Shown here piece by piece: positions 9,601 to 20,388 of a stretch of DNA of 59,022 bases. Below the pieces are notes generated by a model. It was not told the origin of the DNA and did not search any database. It saw only the letters and a list, made by a program, of their open reading frames with translations. A program made the translations under genes and the position numbers. Where the stretch lies: assembly GCA_035496475.1 (NCBI GenBank), contig DATJEP010000030.1, positions 1 through 59,022 of the forward strand, in the 5' to 3' direction. This DNA comes from Candidatus Udaeobacter sp. GTDB lineage: Bacteria > Eisenbacteria > RBG-16-71-46. The stretch's first letter is position 1, and every line of letters starts with the position of its first letter.

Positions 9601-10095
9601 CACATCGTCTGGCACGCCACCGATCGCGCGGCGACGGCGATCGTCTACCGGGCCGACCCGAGCACGTCGTGGCAGCCCGTCGGCATGGTCACGGCCGATG
9701 GAACCGGGCGCATGGAGTTCGTCGACACTCAAGTGCGTCCCGGCGGACACTACGGCTATCGCCTCGGCGTTCGCGACGGCACGTCCGAATTCGCGGCCGG
9801 CGAAGTCTGGGTGACGGTCCCGGTCGCGCTCGAGCTGGCGCTCGAGGGCCCTCATCCGAATCCCGCGCGCGGCGAGCTGTGGGTGTCGTTCTCGCTGCCG
9901 AACGATGATCCGGCGTCGCTCGATCTACTCGACGTGGGCGGTCGCCGCGTGGCCGCGATCGATGCCGGGGCGCTCGGCGCCGGTATCCATCGATTGAGGA
10001 TGGCCCCCGCGACCGATCTCGCTCCGGGCGTTTACCTGATCCGGCTGCGGCAGAGCGGGCGGACGCTGATCGCCAAGGCCGCCATCATCCGCTGA
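6688..10095 (+). CDS. Large secreted multidomain protein (propeller-like N-terminus, two CBM48/AMPK-CBM-like modules) with a T9SS-type (FlgD-Ig-like) C-terminal sorting domain
   Basis: AGGAGG at 6677-6682 lies 5 nt before the ATG at 6688. Signal peptide MTRPARACARSILAVVAVALSGILAGTLPASA. Duplicated motif Y(D/F)(I/F)KF.T.G.LDTPPDYG. The C-terminus ...HPNPARGELWVSFSLP...LDLLDVGGRRV...GVYLIRL...AAIIR matches the T9SS CTD pattern. Confidence 0.8.
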   Translation: MTRPARACARSILAVVAVALSGILAGTLPASAAGVLYGSTSYGEYLSIDLATGHGTLLGYLPFGVTTGATEIEYDPISGRAFMQARDGTFQGSEFNPLNGSAIGGPIADGGSFTGLEFIGSVLYGTVIYGACASSELRILDPWSGSSTLIGSTGVGPISGLAYDAGTATLFGITGCSAGHSKLLRLDVSTGAATVLATLGFEAGSLEFGPDGKLYAGGSYQGSGAFFRIDPVAGTGTFIGYTGFVSLTGLMLGPECHSSYADIRLAGTFTSPPYDLPTSPAMTNVSGCSWQVTRHLDAGMYDIKFVTGGVLDTPPDYGDTTGVARTLPGSGFPTVPVSSAGHAIRIQVLNPDDYTFTLDEGTRLWSATAAGGTPSGSISGTVAFEAGFDFPPYPPATVEFFRGSTLIATQLTDRYSPTFDLPGLAPGSDFRVRVSAPLFGPVERSPIAVGTGPVDLGSILLSSLPSSYSRMDLVGDFNSFAVGANPMIQTLNGFWSTHQTLTAGDHYFKFATNGALDTPPDYGNTPSGPVIFYPPASGDVALGTGPETALRLYAFEAGDYQFNLDERNLTFQAFELPPPIPAIDINQVRMVVSNAGSFSYDQQTGAAGLEFPKGSGKTAVFAAGLWLSAGANVAISEYSDEFAPGSMIGGVPDNPNQPVYKVYKLNRHYASTADRDAALTQYNDGAVPHGAPPVALLPSGDLDILGDQMLWHVYNDADPNQHTNRAGMTAPLGVEIQQTTFGFNRPGALGNTVFMRFKIMNKGANSLTDMRIGVWSDPDLGDYLDDLVGCDPARGLGFCYNGDNDDAIYGATPPAVGFDLLQGPTPPGGGPRLGTTAFIKYINGTDPSSSTQTINYLHGLNSDGSAIINPTNGQPTLFMVSGDPVAGTGWLDSNPSDRRMLLCSGPFTMAPGDTQEIYVAIVIGQAANRFASLSALELSDDEVQNIFDSGFSNPTGTEISLVSADLEPGRVHIVWHATDRAATAIVYRADPSTSWQPVGMVTADGTGRMEFVDTQVRPGGHYGYRLGVRDGTSEFAAGEVWVTVPVALELALEGPHPNPARGELWVSFSLPNDDPASLDLLDVGGRRVAAIDAGALGAGIHRLRMAPATDLAPGVYLIRLRQSGRTLIAKAAIIR

Positions 10096-10114
10096 TCCTG
10101 GTGCACAACGCGCG

Positions 10115-10155
10115 GCGCCCGGCGTATTCATCGCGTCATACCCGTCGCCGGGCGC
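10115..10155 (+). terminator. 10-bp GC stem (gcgcccggcg/cgccgggcgc) with a 21-nt loop, after the large secreted-protein gene
   Basis: The hairpin was read directly from the sequence. It has no U-tract and ends 4 nt before the next ATG. Confidence 0.25.
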
Positions 10156-10159
10156 ATTC

Positions 10160-10657
10160 ATGGCGCGACCGGGGACGGGGACGGCTCATCCAAGGCTCAT
10201 GATGGGCGTCCTCGTCCTCGTACTCCACAGCATCGCGGCCGTGCTTCTGCTCGGCGCGGTCACGCATCAGGCTCTGGCGATGTGGTGGCCGGCCGCGCAG
10301 CGGAAAGCGGGCTGGTGGCAGTCGCTGAGGGCGGTGCATCCGGAGCGCTACGTGCCGGCGATCGTCGTTCTCTTCGCCGTGGTCGTCGCGCTCGGGTCGA
10401 TCGCGTACCTGCCGTTTCGGTCGGTGACGCGAGCTCTATATCTCGACGCCCACGCGCCGTGGGCGACCGGGCTGTTCGAGATCAAGGAGCACGCCGCGGC
10501 GATCGGGCTGGCGCTGCTCCCCGCCTACTGGGCGGCGTGGCGTGAGCCGGAGGCGAGTGATCGAGGCGCCCGCCGCGCGCTGACGACGTTCCTCGCCGCG
10601 ATCACGTGGTGGAACTTCCTCGTCGGCCACATCGTGAACAACACGCGCGGTCTGTGA
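10160..10657 (+). CDS. Hypothetical integral membrane protein (about 4 TM helices)
   Basis: Hydrophobic segments include GVLVLVLHSIAAVLLLGAV, AIVVLFAVVVALGSIAYL and AAAIGLALLPAYWAAW. I recognise no family. Confidence 0.5.
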   Translation: MARPGTGTAHPRLMMGVLVLVLHSIAAVLLLGAVTHQALAMWWPAAQRKAGWWQSLRAVHPERYVPAIVVLFAVVVALGSIAYLPFRSVTRALYLDAHAPWATGLFEIKEHAAAIGLALLPAYWAAWREPEASDRGARRALTTFLAAITWWNFLVGHIVNNTRGL

Positions 10658-10719
10658 GCGCTCTCGCCGAGCACCGGGCCTCGGACGAATCTTCGCGTCG
10701 ACTCCATTACAATCGCCGG

Positions 10720-11028
10720 GTGCGTTCCAACTCTCTACGTGGCGCCTCGCTCGGCGCCCTGCTCGGTTATGCCGCGGCCATGATGGCCCCGGGCCTGCCG
10801 ATCCTCCACTTCTTTCCGAGGCTCGGGATCTGGCGATTCGCGCCGATGGCGGGCCAGCCCGCGATCAGCTGGTATGGCGCCGTGCTTTACGGCGCGCTGG
10901 GCGGCGTGCTCGGCGCGGCCCTGTGCGGGCGAATGGGGCGGGCGCCATCGTGGAAATGGATCTGCGTCACCGCCGCGCTGGTGCTGGTCGCGCTCGCGTG
11001 GCACGAGCGGCATTGGTTCGCGCGCTGA
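10720..11028 (+). CDS. Small hypothetical membrane protein
   Basis: The GTG at 10720 lies 6 nt after a TACAAT hexamer (leaderless-type context). Three hydrophobic helices are present. The upstream part of the track ORF looks non-coding. Confidence 0.4.
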   Translation: MRSNSLRGASLGALLGYAAAMMAPGLPILHFFPRLGIWRFAPMAGQPAISWYGAVLYGALGGVLGAALCGRMGRAPSWKWICVTAALVLVALAWHERHWFAR

Positions 11029-11056
11029 GGCGCTGACCCGGGTCGCGGCGTCAGCC

Positions 11057-11299
11057 TCAGACCGATCCCGGCTCCATCCACTTGAAGACACGCCGGCCCT
11101 GCTGATCGGTGAACGAGCCGAGCAGGATCATGATGAGATCGATGAACGCCCACAGGCCGAGCCCGCCGCACGTGAGGATCATGAGGATCCCGGTGCCGTT
11201 CTTCCCGACGTAGAAGCGATGGACGCCGATGATGCCGAGGAAGAAACACAGCAGCAGGGCGACCAGGCGGGACTTCGGAGAGATGTTCGAGGCTTCCAT
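11057..11299 (-). CDS. TM2 domain-containing membrane protein
   Basis: The segment [18 protein letters not shown]...[23 protein letters not shown] is the typical TM2 pattern. It lies 11 nt downstream of rho. Confidence 0.8.
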   Translation of the reverse strand: MEASNISPKSRLVALLLCFFLGIIGVHRFYVGKNGTGILMILTCGGLGLWAFIDLIMILLGSFTDQQGRRVFKWMEPGSV

Positions 11300-11310
11300 T
11301 CCTCACCTCC

Positions 11311-12618
<1,308 letters not shown>

Positions 12619-12914
12619 GCGTGTCGCCTTTGCTGCGGCGCGCTCCGGGACGGCGGTGGGAATGCCTGCCCGAAGCGGCTGGCCGAGGTACGAAGCGGAT
12701 GCTTCGCGGGCCGAGGGTTGAGTGGGTGTGAGAGTTTCGACGAGGTCGTCGAGTCTCGACTGTTCCTTCTGTGAAGGCTGCGTCGTGAGGCGGGAGGACG
12801 GGGTGCGCCCGTAAGGTGCCTGCGAGAGTCACCGCGCCCGCGAGTACTCAGCGCGTTCGGTCGGGCTCGCACGCAGGGCGCTCGGGAGCGCCAGCGAGCC
12901 TCGACTGGAAAAAG

Positions 12915-12943
12915 ATTCTAGAGGCGCCCTCCGCACGTGTCAA
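12915..12943 (-). promoter_or_regulatory. Sigma-70-type promoter for rho: TTGACA-N17-TAGAAT
   Basis: The minus strand reads cTTGACAcgtgcggagggcgcctcTAGAATc. This implies a rho leader of about 290 nt. Confidence 0.55.
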
Positions 12944-13142
12944 GGATGCGGCACACCGTCGCACGACGCGGCGCGTCTCCAGACTCTCCCTCCGTCTCTT
13001 CCCCCCACCGCGATGCAAAGCACGGCGGGTCGCTGTGCGGAACGCGCGCGCTTGGTTGCGGCATTTCCCCCGCGCCGGCGCGTCAGTCGGAGGGAGCGAG
13101 CGATTTCAGGCAGTTCGGAGCGGCGAATTCGCACGGTCGATC

Positions 13143-13157
13143 TGGCACATGGCTTGC
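13143..13157 (+). promoter_or_regulatory. Sigma-54 (-24/-12) promoter, TGGCAC-N5-TTGC exact
   Basis: The plus strand reads tcTGGCACatggcTTGCgg. No credible plus-strand ORF lies downstream. Confidence 0.5.
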
Positions 13158-13168
13158 GGTTCAACTGG

Positions 13169-13292
13169 TTGGCGGTGGCGCGGAGCGCCGCGTTCCTACC
13201 AACCGAGCCTGCCATCTCGCGTGGCCTCTCTCACCGCCCCACTTCAACCCCAGAGCGTCCGGTCCCGAGAGGTCCGGGCGCTCTGTCGTTTT
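13169..13292 (+). ncRNA. Candidate sigma-54-dependent small RNA (about 125 nt)
   Basis: The predicted TSS lies about 12 nt after the -12 GC. A 5' hairpin spans 13167-13204, a C/U-rich linker (CCUCUCUCACC) spans 13205-13250, and the transcript ends in a terminator hairpin plus UUUU. Confidence 0.35.
13251..13292 (+). terminator. Intrinsic terminator: 12-bp stem (cagagcgtccgg/ccgggcgctctg, one G-U pair) followed by tcgTTTT
   Basis: The hairpin was read directly from the sequence. The T-tract is on the plus strand only. The same hairpin could also stop the convergent ybbR-like operon. Confidence 0.5.
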
Positions 13293-13348
13293 CGGCGGGT
13301 TTTCAGGCGGAGACGAGATGGGCGTTCGAGCGAACCGGCATCGCGACG

Positions 13349-14017
13349 TCAGCGGGCGGTGTGGTGGATCGGGATTCGCACCGCGACGGTGGGCGGCTCG
13401 CTCGTGCACCAGTCGGGCAGCGACAGCGGGGACACCTGAGCCCGAACGGTGTCGCGCCGCGAATCGATCCGGACCATGCCGAGCACCACGCTGTCGAGCT
13501 TCGTGACCGCGGCCTCGGGCCCGGTCACCGTGACGAAGCCCGGCTGCGTGCTGATCTCGCCCCAGGTCACCGAGCCCGCCGCCGGCGCACCCTGAACGCG
13601 CGGCGCCACCGGGACGCGCCGCCGTATCTTGCGGTCGAGCTGCATCTCGAGCATGCGCGAGCCCATGATGCGCTCGACCTCGACGCCTTCGGTGTTGCTG
13701 ATCGGCAGGTCTTCGGCGGTCAGCGCGCGCTCGAATCGCCCGCGGCTGACGCCGGCGAGCGAGATCTTGAGGACCGGCTCGCCGAGCCTCAGCCGGATCA
13801 GCTGCTTGCCGGTGCCGCGCAGCTCCGCGGTCACCGCGGCGGGCACCGGACCCGACAGCGACAGGGTGGAATCGAGGTCGGTGATCTGGAGCGGGAACTG
13901 AACCACGAGGTGGGCCGGCCGCTCGGTATAGACGTGAAGGTAGACCAGCAGCGCGAGCAGGAGCGCGGTGAGCTTGAGGCCGAGATTGTCGAGCAGAAGT
14001 CCGCGCAGGAGGCTCAT
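13349..14017 (-). CDS. YbbR-like (CdaR family) domain protein
   Basis: Has an N-terminal anchor (LKLTALLLALLVYLHVY) followed by YbbR-type repeats. Confidence 0.65.
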   Translation of the reverse strand: MSLLRGLLLDNLGLKLTALLLALLVYLHVYTERPAHLVVQFPLQITDLDSTLSLSGPVPAAVTAELRGTGKQLIRLRLGEPVLKISLAGVSRGRFERALTAEDLPISNTEGVEVERIMGSRMLEMQLDRKIRRRVPVAPRVQGAPAAGSVTWGEISTQPGFVTVTGPEAAVTKLDSVVLGMVRIDSRRDTVRAQVSPLSLPDWCTSEPPTVAVRIPIHHTAR

Positions 14018-14080
14018 GGCGTGGGCAGACTAATGGATTCGGACGCGCGCGGGAATGCGAAACGCCTCGATTGCTCCGCG

Positions 14081-15483
<1,403 letters not shown>

Positions 15484-15487
<4 letters not shown>

Positions 15488-16815
15488 TTCGCGGCGCCTC
15501 CCTTTCGCCGTGGCCAGCGCACCACGCACGTGGTTCCGCGGCCGACCTCGCTTCGAATCTCGAGCTCCCCTCCCGCCGACTGCACCAGACGGCGCGTGAG
15601 GAAGAGTCCGAGGCCCGACCCCCGCGCCTTGGTGGTGAAGAACGGGCTGCCGATCCGGCGCAGCGTTTCTTCGGGAATGCCGGCACCGGTATCGGTGAGC
15701 GCGACCTCGATCTTCCCCGCGTGCTCGCCGGCCGCGACCGTGAGCGTTCCACCGTCCGGCATGGCTTCGAGCGCGTTCAGGATCAGATTCAAGTAGACCT
15801 GTTTCAACGAGTCCCTGTCGAGCGCGACGCGCGGCGACCCGCGCCCCGCCGGCGCCTCGACCGCGGATCGCGCCACGGTGACGTGGCGGTCGCGGAATTC
15901 GCCGTCGAGCAGGTTGAGTGTCTGGTCGAGCGCCTCGATCGGATCGCCCGCCTCGCCGTCGGCGACGCCGCCGCGCGCGAACTCGAGATACCGGCTCACG
16001 GTCTTGGCCAGCCGATCGGCTTCCTCGACGACGTAGTCCGACATGCGCCGGGCCTCCGGCTCGAGCTTGCCCAGCCGTTCCGCCGATCCACGGATCACCG
16101 CCAGCGGATTCTTGATCTCGTGCGCCAGCGTCGCGGTCAGGCGTCCCATCGCCGCGAGATTCTCGGCCCGCGACAACCGCCGCTCCAGCCGCGCGGTCGA
16201 TGCCGCGACGCGAATGAACAGCGCGGCGAGCACGGTGATGGCGAGCAGGCTGACGAGCGCGATCAGGAGCAGCGTGTGACGGAGATCGGCGAGCGCGCCG
16301 AGATAGGCAGCCTCGGCTTCGATCGCGACCACCGCCAGGGCGTGTCCGTGCTCGTCGCCGATCGGCGCCACCGCCGCCCGCCGGACGGAGTGATCGCGCA
16401 GGTAGGGAGTCGAGACCGCGGCGTGGCCGGCGAAGGCGCGATCGAACGCCGGGCGCGCCAGTGAATCGAGCACGCTCGGCAGGCCTTCGATCTCCTCGCG
16501 CTCGCGCGCGTCGACGAGGGTCACGCGCGCGGAATCGACGATCACCGCGTCTACGAGGTCGGCGGTCGCGGGCAGCGGGCCGATCAGGGTCTGAAGCGCC
16601 GTGTAGGATGCGCTCTCGGTGCTGCGCACCGCGGGATCACGGATGTCGGCGGGCGCGATCTGGCTGGCCGCGCGCCGCACGATGCGCTCGAGCCTCGATT
16701 CGAACTCGGTCTCGAGCGCGGTCCGGACGCCGCGATACGCGAACGTGGCGCCGAGCGCCGTGACGAGCACGGCCGAGATCGCGAAGCCGACCGTGAACGC
16801 CAGCGTGCGCTGCAG
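15484..16815 (-). CDS. Sensor histidine kinase (2 TM helices, HisKA plus HATPase); probable CTG start
   Basis: H-box motif LAHEIKNPL, plus N/G boxes. The track ORF starts at GTG 16770, inside the first TM helix. An in-frame CTG at 16815 lies 4-5 nt after GGGAGGG and restores the full helix (QRTLAFTVGFAISAVLVTALGATFAY). Confidence 0.85.
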
Positions 16816-16840
16816 ACCGCCCTCCCGCTCGGTGCCGCCG

Positions 16841-17305
16841 TCAGGCCGGAGGTTTGGCGGAGACCGGATGGCCGGGCGCGGCCGCCGGCGCCACGGCGAG
16901 CGTGTCGCCGACCGCGAACGTGCCGGGCGTGACCACGCGGGCGAAGCGACCGCGGCGACCTTCGAGCGCGAGCTGCAGGCCGGGCTTCAGCTCCTCCATG
17001 CGCTCGCACGGAGCGCAGGGACCGAGCAGCTCCATCACCGCGGTGCCGGCATGGAGCCGCGCGCCGTCCGGAAGCGCGTGAATGTCGAGCCCGCGAATCG
17101 TCACCTGCTCGCGCACGTCGCCGGGGGCGAGCCCGAATTGATCGAGAATTTCGGCGGGCATGATCAGCACCGCGCGCTTGCTGCCCGGCTTGGCGTGGCG
17201 GTCGCCGTCGATGCCGCGATTCTCGAGCGCCTGAACGCTCTCTTTCGGCGTCAGCGGGACACGATTCGCGGTGCTGACGAACAGCGCGACGATGGTGGGG
17301 TTCAT
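16841..17305 (-). CDS. MOSC domain-containing protein
   Basis: Shows the ...GIDGDRHA...ENL-type beta-barrel pattern and a conserved Cys (GPCAPCERM). Confidence 0.7.
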   Translation of the reverse strand: MNPTIVALFVSTANRVPLTPKESVQALENRGIDGDRHAKPGSKRAVLIMPAEILDQFGLAPGDVREQVTIRGLDIHALPDGARLHAGTAVMELLGPCAPCERMEELKPGLQLALEGRRGRFARVVTPGTFAVGDTLAVAPAAAPGHPVSAKPPA

Positions 17306-17308
17306 GGC

Positions 17309-18082
17309 TCAGTCCCTCGCGGTCACCGGTTCCGTCCCGGCCAATCCATCGAAGCGGGCCAGGACCACCGTGATGTTATCGTGTCCGCCGCGTTCGCGCG
17401 CAAGCTCGATCAGGGCCGCGCACGCCGCGTCGGGGTCGCCCGCCGCGATCCCCGCCAGCTCCTGGTCATCGACCAGCCCGTGCAGGCCGTCGCTGCAGAG
17501 CAGCAGCGTGTCGCCCTTGCGCAGACCGCCTTCCAGCGCGCCGGAGTCGACGTCGATGTGGTCGCCCACCCCGATGCTGCGGGTGAGCACGTTGCGCCGG
17601 GGATCGACGCGCGCCTGCTCGGCGGTCATGAGCCGCTGCTGAACGAGCTGCGCCACCAGCGAATGATCGGCGGTGAGCTGCTCGATGCGCCCGCCGCGGA
17701 CGAGATAGGCGCGGCTGTCGCCGACGTGGGCGAACCAGACTTGATTGCCGCGAACCAGGACCGCGGTGCAGGTCGTTCCCATGCCCGCGAGCTCGGGCTG
17801 CTCGCGGCTCATGTCATGGATGGCCTGATGCGCGGCCTCGAGCGCCCGCGGCAGCGCCTGATCCAGCGCGTCTTCGTGGGAGCGGACGCGGCGCGCCACG
17901 GTCTCGATCGCGGTGCGGCTCGCGACCTCGCCGGCCGCCGAGCCACCCATGCCGTCCGCCACCACGAGGAGCTGGCCGTAGCGATCGCGATCGGCCGGCT
18001 CGGCGGGCGACCACACGACGTAAGCGTCCTCGTTGTGCTCGCGTCTGAGACCGACGTCAGTGGCGGCGGCGACTCGAAGCAT
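17309..18082 (-). CDS. PP2C-family Ser/Thr protein phosphatase
   Basis: Carries the motifs TDVGLRREHNEDAY, VADGMGG, LLLCSDGL and GGHDNITVV. Confidence 0.9.
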   Translation of the reverse strand: MLRVAAATDVGLRREHNEDAYVVWSPAEPADRDRYGQLLVVADGMGGSAAGEVASRTAIETVARRVRSHEDALDQALPRALEAAHQAIHDMSREQPELAGMGTTCTAVLVRGNQVWFAHVGDSRAYLVRGGRIEQLTADHSLVAQLVQQRLMTAEQARVDPRRNVLTRSIGVGDHIDVDSGALEGGLRKGDTLLLCSDGLHGLVDDQELAGIAAGDPDAACAALIELARERGGHDNITVVLARFDGLAGTEPVTARD

Positions 18083-18142
18083 CGTTGATCCCGGCGCGGC
18101 GGACCGTGAGCGCGATCAAGCCGACGCCACGCCGGTTTCCGC

Positions 18143-19564
18143 TCAGCGTACGGCGGCCCGGGCCTCCTGCCTCATCAGGTGGATGGCGACGCCATCGGCG
18201 TCCTCAGCCGCCTCGGCGAGGGTTTCGGTAAGGGTCGGGTGCGCGTGAATGGCGTGAGCGAGGTCGCGGATGTTGAGATCCGCGGCGATCGCCAGCGAGC
18301 ACTCGTGGATCAGCTCGCTGGCCCGGACGCCGAAGATGTGGGCGCCGAGCACCTGATCGGTCTCTTCGTCGCCGATCAGCTTCACGAAGCCGGTGGTCTC
18401 GCCGTCGGCGATGTTGCGGCCGTGGGCGCGGAACGGGAAGCGCCCGATCTTGAGCTTGCGGCCCTCGGCGCGCGCTTCGCGCTCGGTCAGGCCGACACTC
18501 GCGATCTCGGGGCTCGTGAACGTCGCCGCCGGCACCGCGCGCCAGTTGGTCTGGGACGGATGTCCGGCGATGATCTCGGCGGCCGCCTTGCCCTGCGCCG
18601 AGGCGAAGTGCGCGAGCTGCTTGATGTCGGTGACGTCGCCGATCGCGTAGATGTTGCGAACCGTGGTCTGCAGGCGGTCGTTGACCACGATCTTGCCGCG
18701 ATCCGCGGTCTTGACGCCGGCGGCTTCGAGGCCCATGTCGGAGGACCACGGCCTCCGGCCCGTCGCGACCAGCACCGTGTCCACGTCCACCGTCTTGCCG
18801 CCGCCGAGCGTCAGCGTCATCGAGCCGTCGGGATTGTCGCGGCGGTTCTCGAGCTTGGTGCCGAGGCAGAGGTCGATCTTCTGCTTCTTCATCTCGCGCT
18901 CGAGCGCCTGGCTGATCTCGTCGTCCTCGGCGGGAACCAGCCGCGGCAGCATTTCGATCAGCGTGACCTTGCTTCCGACCGCGGCGAAGAAGCAGGCGAA
19001 TTCGCTGCCGACCACGCCGCCGCCGAGAATCGCGATCCGCCTGGGCTGCTCGGCGAGGTCGAGCGCCTCCTTGCTGGTGATCACCCGCGAGCCGTCGAGC
19101 GAGAATCCCGGTGGCATCCAGGCATAGGCGCCGGTGGCGAGCATGATCGAGTCGGCGGTGAGCTCGGTCTTCTGATCGCCGGCGGTCACCACCATCTTGT
19201 TCGCCGAGGTCAGGCGCGCGGTGCCGCGATGGATGTCGACGCCGCGGCCGGAGAGCAACGTCTTGACGCCGCCGGTGAGCTGGCGCACGACCTTCGTCTT
19301 GCGCTCGATCAGCCAGTCCCAGCGTACGCGCGGCTCGCCGACCTCGATGCCGTATTCCTTCGCGCGCTTGATCTGCTCGAGCAGGTGCGCGGTGACGATC
19401 CAGGCCTTGGTCGGAATGCAGCCCCAGTTGAGACAGGTCCCGCCCAGCTCGTCCTTCTCGACCACCGCGGTCCTGAGCCCGAGCTGCGCGGCGCGGATGG
19501 CGGCGACGTAACCGCCGGGACCGGTGCCGACGATGATCAGCTGATAGGCGCGTGAATCGGGCAT
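18143..19564 (-). CDS. lpdA: Dihydrolipoyl dehydrogenase
   Basis: The internal ATG at 19564 gives MPDSRAYQLIIVGTGPGGY (FAD-binding GxGxxG motif). The redox-active disulfide motif GGTCLNWGCIPTK is present. Confidence 0.92.
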   Translation of the reverse strand: MPDSRAYQLIIVGTGPGGYVAAIRAAQLGLRTAVVEKDELGGTCLNWGCIPTKAWIVTAHLLEQIKRAKEYGIEVGEPRVRWDWLIERKTKVVRQLTGGVKTLLSGRGVDIHRGTARLTSANKMVVTAGDQKTELTADSIMLATGAYAWMPPGFSLDGSRVITSKEALDLAEQPRRIAILGGGVVGSEFACFFAAVGSKVTLIEMLPRLVPAEDDEISQALEREMKKQKIDLCLGTKLENRRDNPDGSMTLTLGGGKTVDVDTVLVATGRRPWSSDMGLEAAGVKTADRGKIVVNDRLQTTVRNIYAIGDVTDIKQLAHFASAQGKAAAEIIAGHPSQTNWRAVPAATFTSPEIASVGLTEREARAEGRKLKIGRFPFRAHGRNIADGETTGFVKLIGDEETDQVLGAHIFGVRASELIHECSLAIAADLNIRDLAHAIHAHPTLTETLAEAAEDADGVAIHLMRQEARAAVR

Positions 19565-19646
19565 GGGAAGGGCTCGGGCCGGGACTGGAGCGGGAGGCGC
19601 GTGGCGCGTGGCGCCGGGAGCGCGCATTCCGGGAAACGGCGCACGG

Positions 19647-19675
19647 ACTCTAGGCAGCGGCCGCGGGGCTGTCAA
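19647..19675 (-). promoter_or_regulatory. Sigma-70-type promoter for lpdA: TTGACA-N17-TAGAGT
   Basis: The minus strand reads gTTGACAgccccgcggccgctgccTAGAGTc, about 80 nt upstream of the lpdA ATG. Confidence 0.55.
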
Positions 19676-19706
19676 CCGCGACCGATGATTCCGTTATCGT
19701 GCGCGC

Positions 19707-20372
19707 GTGAAGCGACTCGGACTCTTCGCCCGCGCGCCGGAAGCGGGCCGGGTGAAAACGCGGCTCTCTCCCGCGCTGCCGCCGCGGCTCGCGTGCGATC
19801 TCTATCGCGGGCTGCTCGGGGACGCGATCGATGTTCTGGCGTCCGCGCGATCCGAGGACCGGACGCTCTTCGTCGCGGGCGACGGACACGCCGGCATCGA
19901 GGCCGGCGGGGGTGTTCGCGTCGAGCCGCAGGTCGGTCGAGATCTGGGCGAGCGGCTCGAGAACGCGTTCGCCGGCCTTCTCCGCGGTGACGGGGACCGC
20001 GCCGTGATCTTCGGCGCCGATTGCCCGGCGCTGTCCCCCGCCGTCATCGATCGCGCCTTCGCCGCGCTCGAGCGCGAGGACGCGGTGGTCGCGCCCGCGC
20101 GCGACGGCGGCTACGCGCTGATCGGGCTCAGGAGGCTCACGGCCGAGTTGTTTCGCGGCATCGACTGGAGTACCGATCGCGTGATGGCTCAGACCCTCGA
20201 GCGCGCACGATCGGCGGGGCTGCGGGTCGACCGGTTGGAGACGCTCGACGATCTCGACACGCCGGAGGATCTGATCCGCGCTCTGCTCGCGCTCGGGTCG
20301 GACCTGAGGCTGGCGCCGCGGACGCGCGGCGCGCTGGAGCGGATGAGGCTGCTGCCGCCGCTCGCGCTCTAG
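19707..20372 (+). CDS. DUF2064 family (CofC-like nucleotidyltransferase fold) protein
   Basis: The N-terminus MKRLGLFARAPEAGRVKTRL is characteristic of DUF2064. The GTG start lies 6 nt after a TATCGT hexamer, and no SD is present. Confidence 0.7.
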   Translation: MKRLGLFARAPEAGRVKTRLSPALPPRLACDLYRGLLGDAIDVLASARSEDRTLFVAGDGHAGIEAGGGVRVEPQVGRDLGERLENAFAGLLRGDGDRAVIFGADCPALSPAVIDRAFAALEREDAVVAPARDGGYALIGLRRLTAELFRGIDWSTDRVMAQTLERARSAGLRVDRLETLDDLDTPEDLIRALLALGSDLRLAPRTRGALERMRLLPPLAL

Positions 20373-20388
20373 AGTCCCGCCGTGGGCG

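Noticed and set aside
13071-13132. GC palindromes cgcgccggcgcg and gcgaattcgc upstream of the 13143 promoter, as possible activator or IHF sites.
   Set aside because: They are only mentioned under the sRNA finding and not called as features. Short GC palindromes are frequent in this composition, and I cannot evaluate their specificity without comparative data.
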